Position numbers and translations under genes: made by a program | Origin: a virus | Reading direction: 5' to 3' (one strand) | DNA: 64,000 bases | IMG/VR virus record: IMGVR_UViG_3300012920_000028 | Coordinates: 1-64,000 of that record | The notes under the pieces: model-generated | Seen by the model: only the letters and a program-made list of their open reading frames with translations | Databases searched by the model: none | What the model was told of the DNA's origin: nothing | Shown: in pieces, positions 19,059-29,307 of the stretch | How positions within the stretch are numbered: the stretch's first letter is position 1 | How the letters are laid out: each line of letters opens with the position of its first letter

Positions 19059-19323
19059 GCCCTTCTTTCTGAGCGTCGCGGCCATAAAGGAATCCCTCAA
19101 TTCGACCGAGATTGTCCTCCACCACGGTTTCGTGGATTGACCGCTTTTCTTCTCCGCGGGGCTCGCTTACGTGCTTTTCCATCATACGGCGGAAGAAAAG
19201 GTTCCTTGATTCGGCGGAGTGGTAGGGGCTGCGGTATTCTGGATATTCTACAGCACCCCACGGCTCATTCCAAAATGAGTCGCGGCTGTTGTACATGTTC
19301 CTGTTTTTCTTTGTTAGGCTCAA
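19048..19323 (-). CDS. Hypothetical protein
   Basis: Overlap-coupled ORF. Confidence 0.45.
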   Translation of the reverse strand: MSLTKKNRNMYNSRDSFWNEPWGAVEYPEYRSPYHSAESRNLFFRRMMEKHVSEPRGEEKRSIHETVVEDNLGRIEGFLYGRDAQKEGHGN

Positions 19324-19694
19324 AAAATCATCTCCTCGCGATAGGGTTTCTTGGCATCAACGAAAATCCATGAGCGTTGGAGAGAGTCCGGAAGTTTCCC
19401 TGCTTTCTTGGCGAAGAAGTCGTCCTTGGTTTCGGAGAAGAGGACCTCGATGTAGGGTAGGACATGTGTTGGTGCGACAATATCCGGACGTGTTCCACAC
19501 TTGAGACGGGCTTCCGTGCAGAAAGGGACGTCATGCTCAAGAAGAGTGAGGGCGACCTCGCAGACGCGGAGATTGTGCTCATACGTGTTCCCCTTGCTCA
19601 ATTTGATGACCCCCCAATGAGGTTTGAACATAGGGTCGAGATGTTCACGCGACCAATCGTTCAGTTCTTTCTGCATTTTCGAGGAGTACCTCAA
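19320..19694 (-). CDS. PD-(D/E)XK nuclease-like protein
   Basis: EH...TE.......RPDI......IEV. Confidence 0.6.
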   Translation of the reverse strand: MRYSSKMQKELNDWSREHLDPMFKPHWGVIKLSKGNTYEHNLRVCEVALTLLEHDVPFCTEARLKCGTRPDIVAPTHVLPYIEVLFSETKDDFFAKKAGKLPDSLQRSWIFVDAKKPYREEMIF

Positions 19695-20584
19695 AGAATA
19701 CCCTCCCACTCAAGGTCGTGAAGGTTTCCGTCTTGGTCGTAGTACTTCCCCTCATAGAAGAGCCGCTTCGAGACGATGTTCCCTACTACCGAAGCGGTCC
19801 AGCCGCTCGTTTCATTGCGAGCCGAAACGCCTTCCGCATTGAGAGTCTTCGCGATTGAGGCACGCGACATGCCGTCTTCGTGCATCGCGAACACACGTCG
19901 GACGGAATCCGCTTCCCGCGGCTCTATTTCGAGGACTCCCTTCAGTTCGGGGTCCCCTCTCCCGTCGGCTTCGTCAGCACTTCGTTTGTAGGCCGAGCGA
20001 TACCCCATAGGAGGCCGACCGACGTGGCGCCCCGCGTTCTTCTTCCCCTTCAACCCCGAGGCGGTCCTCTCGCTGATGATGTCCGCTTCCATCTGAGCGA
20101 CAGAAATCATGATTCGGAAGATGAGCATTCCCATGGCGGTCGTCGTGTCGATTTGTAGGTCACGGAAAACGAAGTCCTTCTCGGCTCGCTGAAGGGTCTC
20201 CGCCCATTCACCAGCATTTCGGACGTTTCGATGGAATCGGTCCATTTTTGCCGCGATAACGACGTCCCAGTTCTCCATTTCGCTCATCATGCGCTGGTAT
20301 TCGGGGCGTTGGGTGTTCGTCCCGCTGAACCCTTCATCTCGGTATTCCTCGACGACCTCCCACCCCTGAGCGGCGCAATAGGCACGGCATTCGCGAAGTT
20401 GCTGCTCAATGGAGGTCTCGGACTGGGTTCCTCCGTCTTTGTCGCTTGTGGAGATGCGAGCGTAGATTCCAGCCTTCCTTGCAGAAGGGGCCGTTGTGAA
20501 AAAGGGGGAAAGTGAAAGAAGCAAGGTCAATGAGGCATACCCAAAGAGGGCGAATAGGGATTCAATCATGGCTTGATTCCTCAC
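19691..20584 (-). CDS. Serine recombinase (resolvase/invertase catalytic domain plus recombinase-type C-terminal domain)
   Basis: IYARIST, QQ..C, DEGFSG...RP, DRFHRN, ERT..G, GRPP.GY. Confidence 0.9.
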   Translation of the reverse strand: MRNQAMIESLFALFGYASLTLLLSLSPFFTTAPSARKAGIYARISTSDKDGGTQSETSIEQQLRECRAYCAAQGWEVVEEYRDEGFSGTNTQRPEYQRMMSEMENWDVVIAAKMDRFHRNVRNAGEWAETLQRAEKDFVFRDLQIDTTTAMGMLIFRIMISVAQMEADIISERTASGLKGKKNAGRHVGRPPMGYRSAYKRSADEADGRGDPELKGVLEIEPREADSVRRVFAMHEDGMSRASIAKTLNAEGVSARNETSGWTASVVGNIVSKRLFYEGKYYDQDGNLHDLEWEGIL

Positions 20585-21050
20585 CCTTTGTCCCTAAAGG
20601 GACGACCATAAAGGTGCCGAGAGGTAAAGGGTCCGGTTTAGGTTAGGAATCGGGGCATGGTCCTTTGTGGTTGAACCGTTTAAGTCTCAAGAATCCACAG
20701 ATTTCGACGCAAAGGAGGGGTTCTAAGGACCGGCTTTTCTGAACCCCTACATTTCCCCATTTTTCCAAGCAAACCGCCCTCGGTGGCCGCGATTCTCCCT
20801 CCCAAACATATGTTGCAGAAGGGGCCTTTCTCACAACGGGGGTTAGGAACCGTTAAGAGCCGGCCATCTCACACGAGCGAGTATGGAACCTTGGGGATGG
20901 CTCTTCATCATCATCATGCTCGGACTCGGCGCGTGGTTTTATGCCATCTCGTCGATGAACGCCTATGACCCACACAGGCCCATTGTGCCTGAACCGTGGA
21001 ACCTCGGGGATGAAGAGGAATGACCGAAGAAACGAATGAGGTGAAGAAGA

Positions 21051-21374
21051 ATGGCTAAGTGCGTTGAATGTGGTGAAGGGAGGGCTAACGTCCGTTGCTG
21101 CAACTGTAATGCGTGGCTCCACGGGGCCGAGCCCGACACCCGATACTGCTACCTCACACCCGAGGACCACATGGGGGAAATGGTGTGGTGTAGCCCCTGC
21201 GCGTTGGCGCAAGACCGCGGCGAATTGCTCGTGGGAGTCCGCCCAGACACCTCCGATGGACATTACTTCGCTCGTTGTAAGAAGTGCAACAAGCGGCTGA
21301 CCGATGACGTGAGCATTTCAAGAGGATTCGGTCCAGAATGCTGGGACCGCATGACCGAGGAGGCTTCACAATGA
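21051..21374 (+). CDS. Multi-Zn-finger protein with DUF6011-like C-terminus
   Basis: Several CxxC; C..C.K.LTD..S..RG.GPEC. Confidence 0.65.
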   Translation: MAKCVECGEGRANVRCCNCNAWLHGAEPDTRYCYLTPEDHMGEMVWCSPCALAQDRGELLVGVRPDTSDGHYFARCKKCNKRLTDDVSISRGFGPECWDRMTEEASQ

Positions 21375-21658
21375 AGAGAATAGGTAAGATGAGCGAACAC
21401 CAAGCAAAGAGTATCTTACTAACGCTTTCCACATACCATGGAATGAAGGAGACTATTCAGAAGATATGGGAGGAAAAGTTTGAGCCGACTCCCCATGAAT
21501 GCGAATTCATATTCTCAGAAGCATACGAACAGTATTGCCCGGACGATACTCTTTACTACGGCTTGAGGTTCAAGTGCAAACACCCATGGTGTAAGATGAC
21601 TAAAGAAAGAGCAGGTCGTCTTGAGGACGAAGTAAAGTTGGAGGCTTCACAATGAAGA
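21359..21658. repeat. 19-bp perfect direct repeat spanning RBS and start codon
   Basis: ggaggcttcacaatgaaga at 21359-21377 and 21640-21658. Confidence 0.9.
21371..21655 (+). CDS. Hypothetical protein (AT-richer gene)
   Basis: ATG lies within the repeat; ATGA overlaps at both ends. Confidence 0.6.
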   Translation: MKRIGKMSEHQAKSILLTLSTYHGMKETIQKIWEEKFEPTPHECEFIFSEAYEQYCPDDTLYYGLRFKCKHPWCKMTKERAGRLEDEVKLEASQ

Positions 21659-22085
21659 AGTACCACATCGAAGGAAGCCGCGACAATCAGGCTTGGCTCC
21701 TTTACGCCAAGGCTTCCACGCTGGAAGAGGCCCGTGAAATCGCAAGCAAGTGTATTCGGGTCACGACCTACACCGCCGTAAGAATCGTGGAAAGTCACCG
21801 CACACAGGCGGTGTTCGCCTGAAGCCCGTCCTTCGATGGTGTCGAAATTGCGGCGAGGCGAAGCCCCTCAAGGACTTCGATGCGGTCGAAGATTCACTAC
21901 GAAGGTTCTGCTCCGAGGCCTGCAGGAAGGAATGGTACGAGAAGGGTCCGAGGCAAAGCAAGTCGGGTGCGTGGTGGTGATTTCATGTCCGAACGACGAA
22001 AGAGCATCCTGTTCTTCACCCGAGTCTGCTTCTATTGCACGGGGAGCCTTGCGTTCCTCGTCAACATCGGTATGGAGGTGGTCTG

Positions 22086-22310
22086 ATGCCGCGAGAACCT
22101 TGCGCTACCTGTGGAGTACGCATCCACGTCAAGCCGACGCGCATTCGACCCCACCGGGGAAACAAGTGCTACAAGTGCTTCCGGAAGGACCTTGAGAAAG
22201 GCATTGACCGCTGCGAGGCTTCGACCCTTCGGGGAACACGGTGCAGGCACCAGCGGGCTCCCGATAGTCAATTCTGTGTCGCTCATCAGAAAAAGGAAGT
22301 GAAGACATGA
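22086..22310 (+). CDS. Small Zn-finger protein
   Basis: CATC, CYKC, C...T..G.RC.......FC..H. Confidence 0.55.
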   Translation: MPREPCATCGVRIHVKPTRIRPHRGNKCYKCFRKDLEKGIDRCEASTLRGTRCRHQRAPDSQFCVAHQKKEVKT

Positions 22311-22622
22311 ACTTAGCAAACGTGGAATGCACATGCGGAGCGAAAATGATTTGGGGCGGAAGCCACGAGTCAGAAGAAGAAGAGGGGTTCGTGGGCACGG
22401 TCCACAACCTCAGTTGTAGCCGTATCGGGTGTTGGAACCACATGCTGTTCTATGAGGTGATGAAGGAATGAAGCCATCCAAACACGAGCGAGAGCGTGCA
22501 TTGGAGAGGTTCCGTCAGCGCATCGGTCAGGACGGAATCCGCTTTCAGGCTCGCAGCAAGGAACACCTGCTCCGACAAATCAGCCAGATTGTGTCTGATG
22601 CTCTCGAAGGGGGCGAGGAAGA

Positions 22623-22934
22623 ATGAGCAAACTCAAGCAAAACAAGCCCTTGTGGCTCCAGTATCGTGCAGCCAGCCGCGTCAAGTCTTACATGCTCAAA
22701 AAAGCGAAGGCGAAGGTTGAGGAGTCCGAGGGACTCTCAATGAGCGAGGAATGGGCAGCAATAAACAAAATTGCTGACATGATGAACGAAGGACACCCCG
22801 AGTTGCTCACCGCAGGTATGGAAGAGCGGGCGGAACGAATGGTCGCTGCACTTGAGCGGGCTGCTGACGCGGGCCTGACCTCGGTCACTGCGGCCGTTGA
22901 GCGAATCGAGGAAGATTGGGGGAAGGAGTTTTGA
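22623..22934 (+). CDS. Hypothetical helical protein
   Basis: GAGG RBS; coupled ORF. Confidence 0.55.
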   Translation: MSKLKQNKPLWLQYRAASRVKSYMLKKAKAKVEESEGLSMSEEWAAINKIADMMNEGHPELLTAGMEERAERMVAALERAADAGLTSVTAAVERIEEDWGKEF

Positions 22935-23095
22935 CGATTCAAGACGTCTTCATTGATTGGGCCGCTTCTCACCCCTTTGAGCATCGGTTGTACACGGCGG
23001 AGTACGAGAAATACGGAAGCAAGGCCCTCATTCGCTGGCTTCCCCTTATCGCGAGGTGGATGGAATGACGTTCTCTCGACACTCGTTCTGAGGGA

Positions 23096-24013
23096 TTGAC
23101 CGTGTTCTGTCAACCGTCGTTCGACCTTTCGTCCTTGGAGGATTGTAGCGTTGATTCGGTCGTCACCGACCCGTGCTACGCCGCACCACCGATTGAGGCA
23201 TGGAAAGAGGTGTTCAGGGTCATAAAACCCGGAGGTCATGTCCTCGTTTTCGCGGAGCCCTCAACGTACCATCGCATGGCGGTGAATATCGAGGACGCGG
23301 GGTTTGAAATCCGTGACCAAATCATGTGGATTTACGGTGACGGCTCATTGAAGGACTTCGAAGTCACGTCTTTCCATGAATCGGTCGTGGTGGCGAGGAA
23401 GCCCCTTGAAGGAACGGTCGTTGGGAATGTTCTCCGGCACGGAACCGGGGGAATCAACGTCGACGGATGTCGGGTGGAACACGCCAATGAGGCGGACCTC
23501 GCCGCGAGTCTTGCGAAGAACCCCGGTCGGACCGATACCGTGACCAGCGGCGTGTATGGTGCCGACAGACCACAACAGCGTGTGAATCTCGACGGCCGCT
23601 GGCCAGCGAACGTCATTTTCGACAGGTACGCTGGAACAGAATTGGACTGGCAGACCGGACATCTCGCTGCAGGGAACCGTCCTGCGAAGCGAAATTACGC
23701 GAGTGCGTTCGCGCAGAATAAAAACCAGCAGGGAGCCGAAAACCCGGGACGTGTGGACGAAGGCGGTGGTGGCTCTCGGTATTTCTTCCGCGCCGAGCAC
23801 ACGGGGGAAGAGCGAAAGCATGGCCTCAAGCCCCTTTCCCTATGGTGCTACCTTCTTCGACTCGTCACTCCCGCTGGTGGGGTCGTGCTTGACCCATTCA
23901 ATCACTCACGACACGTGTTCAAAGCAGCCTCTCAGGAAGGATTTTCAGTTGTCGCTACCAGCAATCTTCCGGCGAACCCTCATATACCGGTCATCGTCGA
24001 ACAGCAAGAATAG
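23096..24013 (+). CDS. Degenerate N6/N4 DNA methyltransferase paralogue
   Basis: Homologous to the next gene, but DPCY replaces DPPY and DPFNHS replaces DPFxGSG. Confidence 0.7.
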   Translation: MTVFCQPSFDLSSLEDCSVDSVVTDPCYAAPPIEAWKEVFRVIKPGGHVLVFAEPSTYHRMAVNIEDAGFEIRDQIMWIYGDGSLKDFEVTSFHESVVVARKPLEGTVVGNVLRHGTGGINVDGCRVEHANEADLAASLAKNPGRTDTVTSGVYGADRPQQRVNLDGRWPANVIFDRYAGTELDWQTGHLAAGNRPAKRNYASAFAQNKNQQGAENPGRVDEGGGGSRYFFRAEHTGEERKHGLKPLSLWCYLLRLVTPAGGVVLDPFNHSRHVFKAASQEGFSVVATSNLPANPHIPVIVEQQE

Positions 24014-25423
24014 GTGAATGAAATGGACATCAGGAATGGCGATTGCCTCGAAGTGTTGAGAACCGTTGAGTCAAACAGCATTGACTCTATCGTGACTGAC
24101 CCGCCCTACGGGCTCTCCTTCATGGGAAAGAAGTGGGACTACGACGTCCCTTCGGTGGACATCTGGCGAGAATGCTTCCGTGTCCTCAAGCCCGGTGGGC
24201 ACCTCCTCGCGTTCGCCGGTTCTCGCACCTATCACCGCATGGCGGTGAACGTCGAAGACGCGGGATTCGAAATTCGCGACCAAGTCATGTGGCTTTACGG
24301 AAGCGGATTCCCGAAGAGCCTCAACGTGAGCAAGGCCATCGACAAGGCGCTCGGCGCCAAGCGTGAGAGGGTCCGCATCTCGGCTGACGAAATCCGGAAC
24401 CCCAAGAGCATTGGGAGCGGCCACGGCATCGAGGGTGGCGACCGACCGTGGATGCAGGAAGCCCTTGAACGGGGCTATCACGAAGTGGACGGCGAAGACC
24501 CCGTGACGGAGGAAGCGAAGAAGTGGGACGGGTGGGGAACACAACTGAAGCCCGCGCACGAACCATGTGTCCTCGCCCGCAAGCCCGTGGACGCAAGCAT
24601 CACGCAGAATATCCTTGAGAACGGGGTCGGCGGAATCAACATTGACGGATGTCGCGTAGGCACCGAGGAAATGAAGGTCACCGCGTCGGACGGCGTCATC
24701 ATCTCCGGCAACAACTCCATGTCCGGAGGGAACACCGGACGCATCGACATGGGGACGAAGACCGGGCGTTTCCCGTCCAACATCATTCACGACGGCTCCG
24801 AAGAAGTGCTTGACATCTTCCCTGAAACCGCCGGAGCGAAGCCTCACGGTGGGGACGGTGGAAAACTCGACACGCAGGGAATGGGCTGGGGCTTCAAGCG
24901 CATGGCCTCCGACCTCTCGGACCTCCCGGGTTCCGCCGCACGGTACTTCTATTGCGCGAAAGCGAGCCGTGCGGAGCGGGACGAGGGGCTTTCCCATCTC
25001 CCTGACCATACCGGTGACGCCGCTCTCGCAAATGCGGTGTGTCAGAAGTGCCTCAAGCACCGACTCCAATCAAACCTCGCTCGCCGCTGCACATGTGCCG
25101 AACCGGAGTGGGGAGAGTCGCGCCTCGAGGCCATCAAGAACAACCACCCGACGGTCAAGCCCGTGGCCCTCATGCGCTATCTGTGCCGCCTCGTGACGCC
25201 TCCCGGTGGTGTCGTCCTTGACCCCTTCATGGGAAGCGGCACGACCGGCGTAGCGGCCTACAAGGAGGGCTTCAATTTTTATGGCATCGAGCGCGACCCG
25301 GACTACTACGTCATCGCGAAGAGTCGTGTGGACTACGTTTCGCACGGTGAAGTGCGCGAGAACGCCGGAGAAGAGACGCCACGGCCACGGCCGTCGTCAA
25401 TTTTCCACTGGGTTGATGCCTGA
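24014..25423 (+). CDS. N6-adenine/N4-cytosine DNA methyltransferase (beta class)
   Basis: VTDPPY, HPTVKP, LDPFMGSGTT. Confidence 0.92.
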   Translation: MNEMDIRNGDCLEVLRTVESNSIDSIVTDPPYGLSFMGKKWDYDVPSVDIWRECFRVLKPGGHLLAFAGSRTYHRMAVNVEDAGFEIRDQVMWLYGSGFPKSLNVSKAIDKALGAKRERVRISADEIRNPKSIGSGHGIEGGDRPWMQEALERGYHEVDGEDPVTEEAKKWDGWGTQLKPAHEPCVLARKPVDASITQNILENGVGGINIDGCRVGTEEMKVTASDGVIISGNNSMSGGNTGRIDMGTKTGRFPSNIIHDGSEEVLDIFPETAGAKPHGGDGGKLDTQGMGWGFKRMASDLSDLPGSAARYFYCAKASRAERDEGLSHLPDHTGDAALANAVCQKCLKHRLQSNLARRCTCAEPEWGESRLEAIKNNHPTVKPVALMRYLCRLVTPPGGVVLDPFMGSGTTGVAAYKEGFNFYGIERDPDYYVIAKSRVDYVSHGEVRENAGEETPRPRPSSIFHWVDA

Positions 25424-25665
25424 TGCGGATTCGACGAACCCGTGTTGAAGAGGCGGCGTTAGTGGTTCTGAACAAGAATCGCGGGAAATGGATGAATGCT
25501 CGACAAGTTCACGACAACATCTCCTCGTTCACGGACTTCTCCTTTCATTGGAACACACGTTCGGTCTATACTTACCTCGGTGGGATGTATCGCAAGGGGA
25601 TGGTCGAACGTCGAAGGATTGGGAACAAGTTCGAGTACCGAATATCCGAAACGGAGGAAGAGTGA
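25423..25665 (+). CDS. Putative winged-helix protein
   Basis: ...L..M..KG.VERR......EYRI wing pattern. Confidence 0.55.
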   Translation: MRIRRTRVEEAALVVLNKNRGKWMNARQVHDNISSFTDFSFHWNTRSVYTYLGGMYRKGMVERRRIGNKFEYRISETEEE

Positions 25666-26291
25666 TGGGGCTTTACATCTTCCAATCGAAACACGCTCCA
25701 TACATCAAGGTTGGACACACTACCCATGAGAACCCGTGGCATCGTCTCGACGGTTCATGTGGGGTCCCCGAGGGCTTCAATTCCGTGCGGCATCCTTCCT
25801 CCCTCGAAGGGAAGGTGAACATGGAAGACCTCAGCCTCGAAGGCTGGTGGCCTGAAGTCACCATTGAGGAAGAAAGGTCGCTCCACCTTCTTTGCAAGCG
25901 TTTGTCAGTCGTGGGCGAATGGTACCCCGACGATTCAAAGGAAATGTTCTATGTCTTGCTCCGCACTACCTTTGGTTCCACGAAGCACGAGGCGGTTTCT
26001 GTCCCTAAAAGCCCAATGATGCGGGAACCTGTCATCACGAAGGATAGCGGACGCCCTGAGAGACACGGAGAGCCGTGGACAGAACGAGAGGACCAACAAC
26101 TCCGAAGCCGAGCCGGACAATGGTGGGACAAGAAGGACGTCAAGGATTTCGTGACCGAAGACGCATTGTGGCGGCGTCGGACGGAAACATCTGTTCGTGC
26201 AAGGATGAAGAAATTGGGAATCATCCGATGGAAAAATGGGAACTTCCATTGGACGCGAGCGTCCGAACCCCCCGAAGAGGAAATATCATAA
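25665..26291 (+). CDS. GIY-YIG/T5orf172-like domain plus Myb-like WTxxED motif
   Basis: LYIFQ...IKVGHT...RL, E..LH, GEWY; C-terminal G.PWT..ED..L. Confidence 0.55.
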   Translation: MGLYIFQSKHAPYIKVGHTTHENPWHRLDGSCGVPEGFNSVRHPSSLEGKVNMEDLSLEGWWPEVTIEEERSLHLLCKRLSVVGEWYPDDSKEMFYVLLRTTFGSTKHEAVSVPKSPMMREPVITKDSGRPERHGEPWTEREDQQLRSRAGQWWDKKDVKDFVTEDALWRRRTETSVRARMKKLGIIRWKNGNFHWTRASEPPEEEIS

Positions 26292-26802
26292 CCGCGCTTG
26301 TCCCGGGTTCCGGACATGAAGTGCCCGGAGTGTGGAGCCTCCGGTTCTTTGAAGATGACTGAATACCGGAAAACGGCTGAAACGCTCTCGCCACTTATGG
26401 AACGAGCGATTCTCACCTGCGCCTTGTGTGGGCATGAGGAGAGGTTCGCTTGAACCTCACTTTCGTCGCCTACAGCATCTTCTTTCTCGCACTTCTTGTT
26501 TTCGTCATGCTTGCTTGGAGCGTTGGACAGGTGTTCCTTCTTCTCCTCGGGAATCGTGATAAGCAGAACCTTCCAGCCATGAGTGATGACGCGAACCGGA
26601 GCGACCTGTGACCGTTGCGGAGAGTACAACCTCCTCCCTACCGTGCCGGGTTTTGAATGCACGTGCAAGGACTGTGGAGGCAACCTCATAAGTCGTGGTG
26701 ACGGGTCACTGCTATGAATCCGAAGTGCCCCGAGTGCGGCTGGAACTATGTCCAAGAAGACTCACACGGCGACCCCGTTCTTGAGGGGCCGTGCATCTGT
26801 GC

Positions 26803-27420
26803 TTACGGCGAACCGCCGGAGAACTGACCTTCCCAAGCACGGATGATTGAGCGGACCTTCGTCTGCTTCAGGCCCATGGTCTTCGCGATTTCAGGGACCG
26901 GGACGCCACGTTGTCGCATCCCCATGACGCGCTCCACAATCGGCCAGTTCTCGTCCTTGACCGGTTTCCCGTCCTCTCCTCTCGTGAGCCCGAACGGGAG
27001 GCGCCCACCGCGCTTGTGACGCATTCCTTCCCGGGTCTTGAGGGACATGACGTCTTGGAAGTATTCCCACGAAGCCACCATGGACATGAGAGTGAGCATT
27101 TGGACTTCCGTCTTCACTTCCTTGACGATTCCTTGAACGGAATGGATGATGACCCCCTTCTTGTGAAGGTCGCGCAGTTCCCCGAACAGATGTGGCTTCC
27201 CGTGCCATCGCCCGAAGTTCAAGAACAGGACATCTGTCAGGCGGTTCGTTCGATGGTCAACGTATTCGAGCATCATGTTCCAATCCTCGGGCTCATCCCA
27301 GCCGTCAGAGAACACCGTGTACTTCTCCCACCCGAGGCTACGGGCTTTCTCCTCCACCAGCGGTAGGAAAAACGAAAGTGGTGTCGAAGACTTGTCGGAC
27401 CATAGGTAAATCGCTCGCAT
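26803..27420 (-). CDS. Degenerate serine-recombinase-like protein with C-terminal HTH
   Basis: S.KTREG....GGRLPFG and IAK.MG HTH present; N-terminal YxRxS replaced by YLWS. Confidence 0.6.
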   Translation of the reverse strand: MRAIYLWSDKSSTPLSFFLPLVEEKARSLGWEKYTVFSDGWDEPEDWNMMLEYVDHRTNRLTDVLFLNFGRWHGKPHLFGELRDLHKKGVIIHSVQGIVKEVKTEVQMLTLMSMVASWEYFQDVMSLKTREGMRHKRGGRLPFGLTRGEDGKPVKDENWPIVERVMGMRQRGVPVPEIAKTMGLKQTKVRSIIRAWEGQFSGGSP

Positions 27421-27656
27421 TAAACCACCTTGAATCTCCAATACCAGAACGCGGCGCTAAGGACGAGCATCGAAAGGATGAGCGTCTGAGCCGCATGGTC
27501 GGAAAAGAAGCCAAGAATGGCGGCGTAGGGGGCATACCACGTGTAGCCTTCAGTCATGGCGACGAGGGAAATGAGCACCCCGAGGGAAAACAGGCCAAAC
27601 GCCGCTTGACGCATAGCGTAGAAGTCCCACCCGAAGTACTCGTCCCAGAAAAGCAT
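27420..27656 (-). CDS. Small membrane protein
   Basis: Two hydrophobic helices. Confidence 0.55.
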   Translation of the reverse strand: MLFWDEYFGWDFYAMRQAAFGLFSLGVLISLVAMTEGYTWYAPYAAILGFFSDHAAQTLILSMLVLSAAFWYWRFKVV

Positions 27657-27660
27657 GTTC

Positions 27661-28572
27661 TCACTGTCCGAAGAAATCCCTGCCGCACTGCTCCTTGAAG
27701 TCGCACAACTTGGAGCAGTGGGTGTATTTTGACGGGTCGTTCGCCGCATACGGAACGAAACCAGCATGATTGTTCAGGACATCTGTTTGACGAAGGAAAT
27801 TGTAGATGATGTCTTCGAAACGGAGGTAGTGCCTCTCGTTGCGGGTGGTCTTGTAGTGCTCCACATTCGCATCGTGCGCCTCATGGGCCTTGACCTTCGG
27901 AATGATGACGTAGGAGAAGTCGAGAGGCTTCCCGGTGATGTAGCCGTATGCCGTAGCCTGAAGTTGTCCATGCGCCTTCGGTTTAGCCCACTGCCCCATC
28001 CAATGCGTGCTGGCGGTCTTGAGGTCGCCAAGCCGAGCGGTTTCTCCACTGAGGTCCATGAGCCAATCAATCCGCCCGCGTACCGCCACTCCGAGGGGAC
28101 CATGCTCACGGTGAATCACTTCACGCATGGCGTCAACCTCAGTCTCCTTGACGTCGAGAGGGTCAAAGTCAGGAATGCGGTGACCGAGGAGGTTTCGCTC
28201 GTAGACGCCATACCAGCGTTCGCATTCCGCGTAAGCGGTTTCGAGTTGAAACGGGCTGAGTCGGTTCCCCTTGCTGTCATAGACCCCGCTTTGGGCCTTC
28301 TCCACTTCGTCAAGCCAGCACTGCTCCATCTTCATCTTGATGATGTCGGCGTCCGGGGTGTCCCCCGCGGCAAGAGCATTGTGGAGCAGTTCAACACCAA
28401 GGTGAACAGCCGTCCCCTGTGGGAAGTACACCTTCGATTGGCGAGGTAGCCGCTGGACGTACTGGTACCAGTAAGAGGCCGGGCACTTCATCCAAACGCC
28501 AAGTCTGCTCGGGGAAATGTGAGAGCGGTCCCAGCGGACGTTTTCACCGCGCAGCATCTTACTGGTCATCAT
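27661..28572 (-). CDS. Cas4/RecB-like PD-(D/E)XK exonuclease with Fe-S cysteines
   Basis: SPS....CP, G..VH, GRID, DLKT, Q...Y, C...CDF...C. Confidence 0.85.
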   Translation of the reverse strand: MMTSKMLRGENVRWDRSHISPSRLGVWMKCPASYWYQYVQRLPRQSKVYFPQGTAVHLGVELLHNALAAGDTPDADIIKMKMEQCWLDEVEKAQSGVYDSKGNRLSPFQLETAYAECERWYGVYERNLLGHRIPDFDPLDVKETEVDAMREVIHREHGPLGVAVRGRIDWLMDLSGETARLGDLKTASTHWMGQWAKPKAHGQLQATAYGYITGKPLDFSYVIIPKVKAHEAHDANVEHYKTTRNERHYLRFEDIIYNFLRQTDVLNNHAGFVPYAANDPSKYTHCSKLCDFKEQCGRDFFGQ

Positions 28573-28732
28573 AGGGGACCACCAAAAGACTGGTTGGGTT
28601 CCAAGTACCCGTCCTCTTGGCGAACTTCTTCATCACGCTCAGGTAGTTCTGCACTTCGGCTTCAGTTTCTCCGATGAAGAGCACGGTGATTCCGGGCTCC
28701 TCGCTTGTCTTTTCCAAAAGGACGTATTTCAT
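28559..28732 (-). CDS. Hypothetical protein
   Basis: Short ORF overlapping the start of the nuclease gene. Confidence 0.4.
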   Translation of the reverse strand: MKYVLLEKTSEEPGITVLFIGETEAEVQNYLSVMKKFAKRTGTWNPTSLLVVPYDDQ

Positions 28733-29106
28733 CGAAGGGTCCCTTCGGCGAGACGGTATTAAGGGTGTCGAATTTTCATCACTACGGTCGGATTTAAGCA
28801 CCCGCCGAATATGGACAGGGCATGGAACCTTTGGACCTTGCAATCATGAACATGACCCAAGCATTCACTCAAACCGTGGTCGCCCTTCAAGGTGGAGCGT
28901 CGTGCATCCCTCCGGAAGCGGTTGTGGACCTTTACCGGAAAATCGAAACGCTCGTCACCGTTGCTTGAGTTCTTCCTTGAAGTACGGAAGCACTTTCTCA
29001 AGGAGCGGCAAGACCTCATCTTCCCCTGCAATCACCTGCTCAAGCCTCATGATGAGGTAGCGTGTGTTCTCCTTCCAATGGGCTGCCCACCATGCTTCGT
29101 CAGACA

Positions 29107-29307
29107 TCAGTAGCCCTCCTGTTCTCTCAGTAGTTGTCGCACTTCCTTGTGCTCTTCTATGAGTTCACGCAATTCGCCCTTGGCGTCCGACATCTGTTCA
29201 CGGAGGTCAGCGTAGCGTGCGGCAAGGTCTTCAACAAGCCTTCGCTTGGTCTTGACTTTCATCGAGAGGGCGTACTCTTGCGTACGCAGGTCACCTTTCT
29301 TTCCCAT
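29107..29307 (-). CDS. Small coiled-coil protein
   Basis: Heptad pattern. Confidence 0.5.
   Translation of the reverse strand: MGKKGDLRTQEYALSMKVKTKRRLVEDLAARYADLREQMSDAKGELRELIEEHKEVRQLLREQEGY

Noticed and set aside
27661-28572. Cas4 as evidence of a CRISPR-Cas system
   Set aside because: Solo Cas4/RecB-like nucleases are common in archaeal viruses; no cas1 or array
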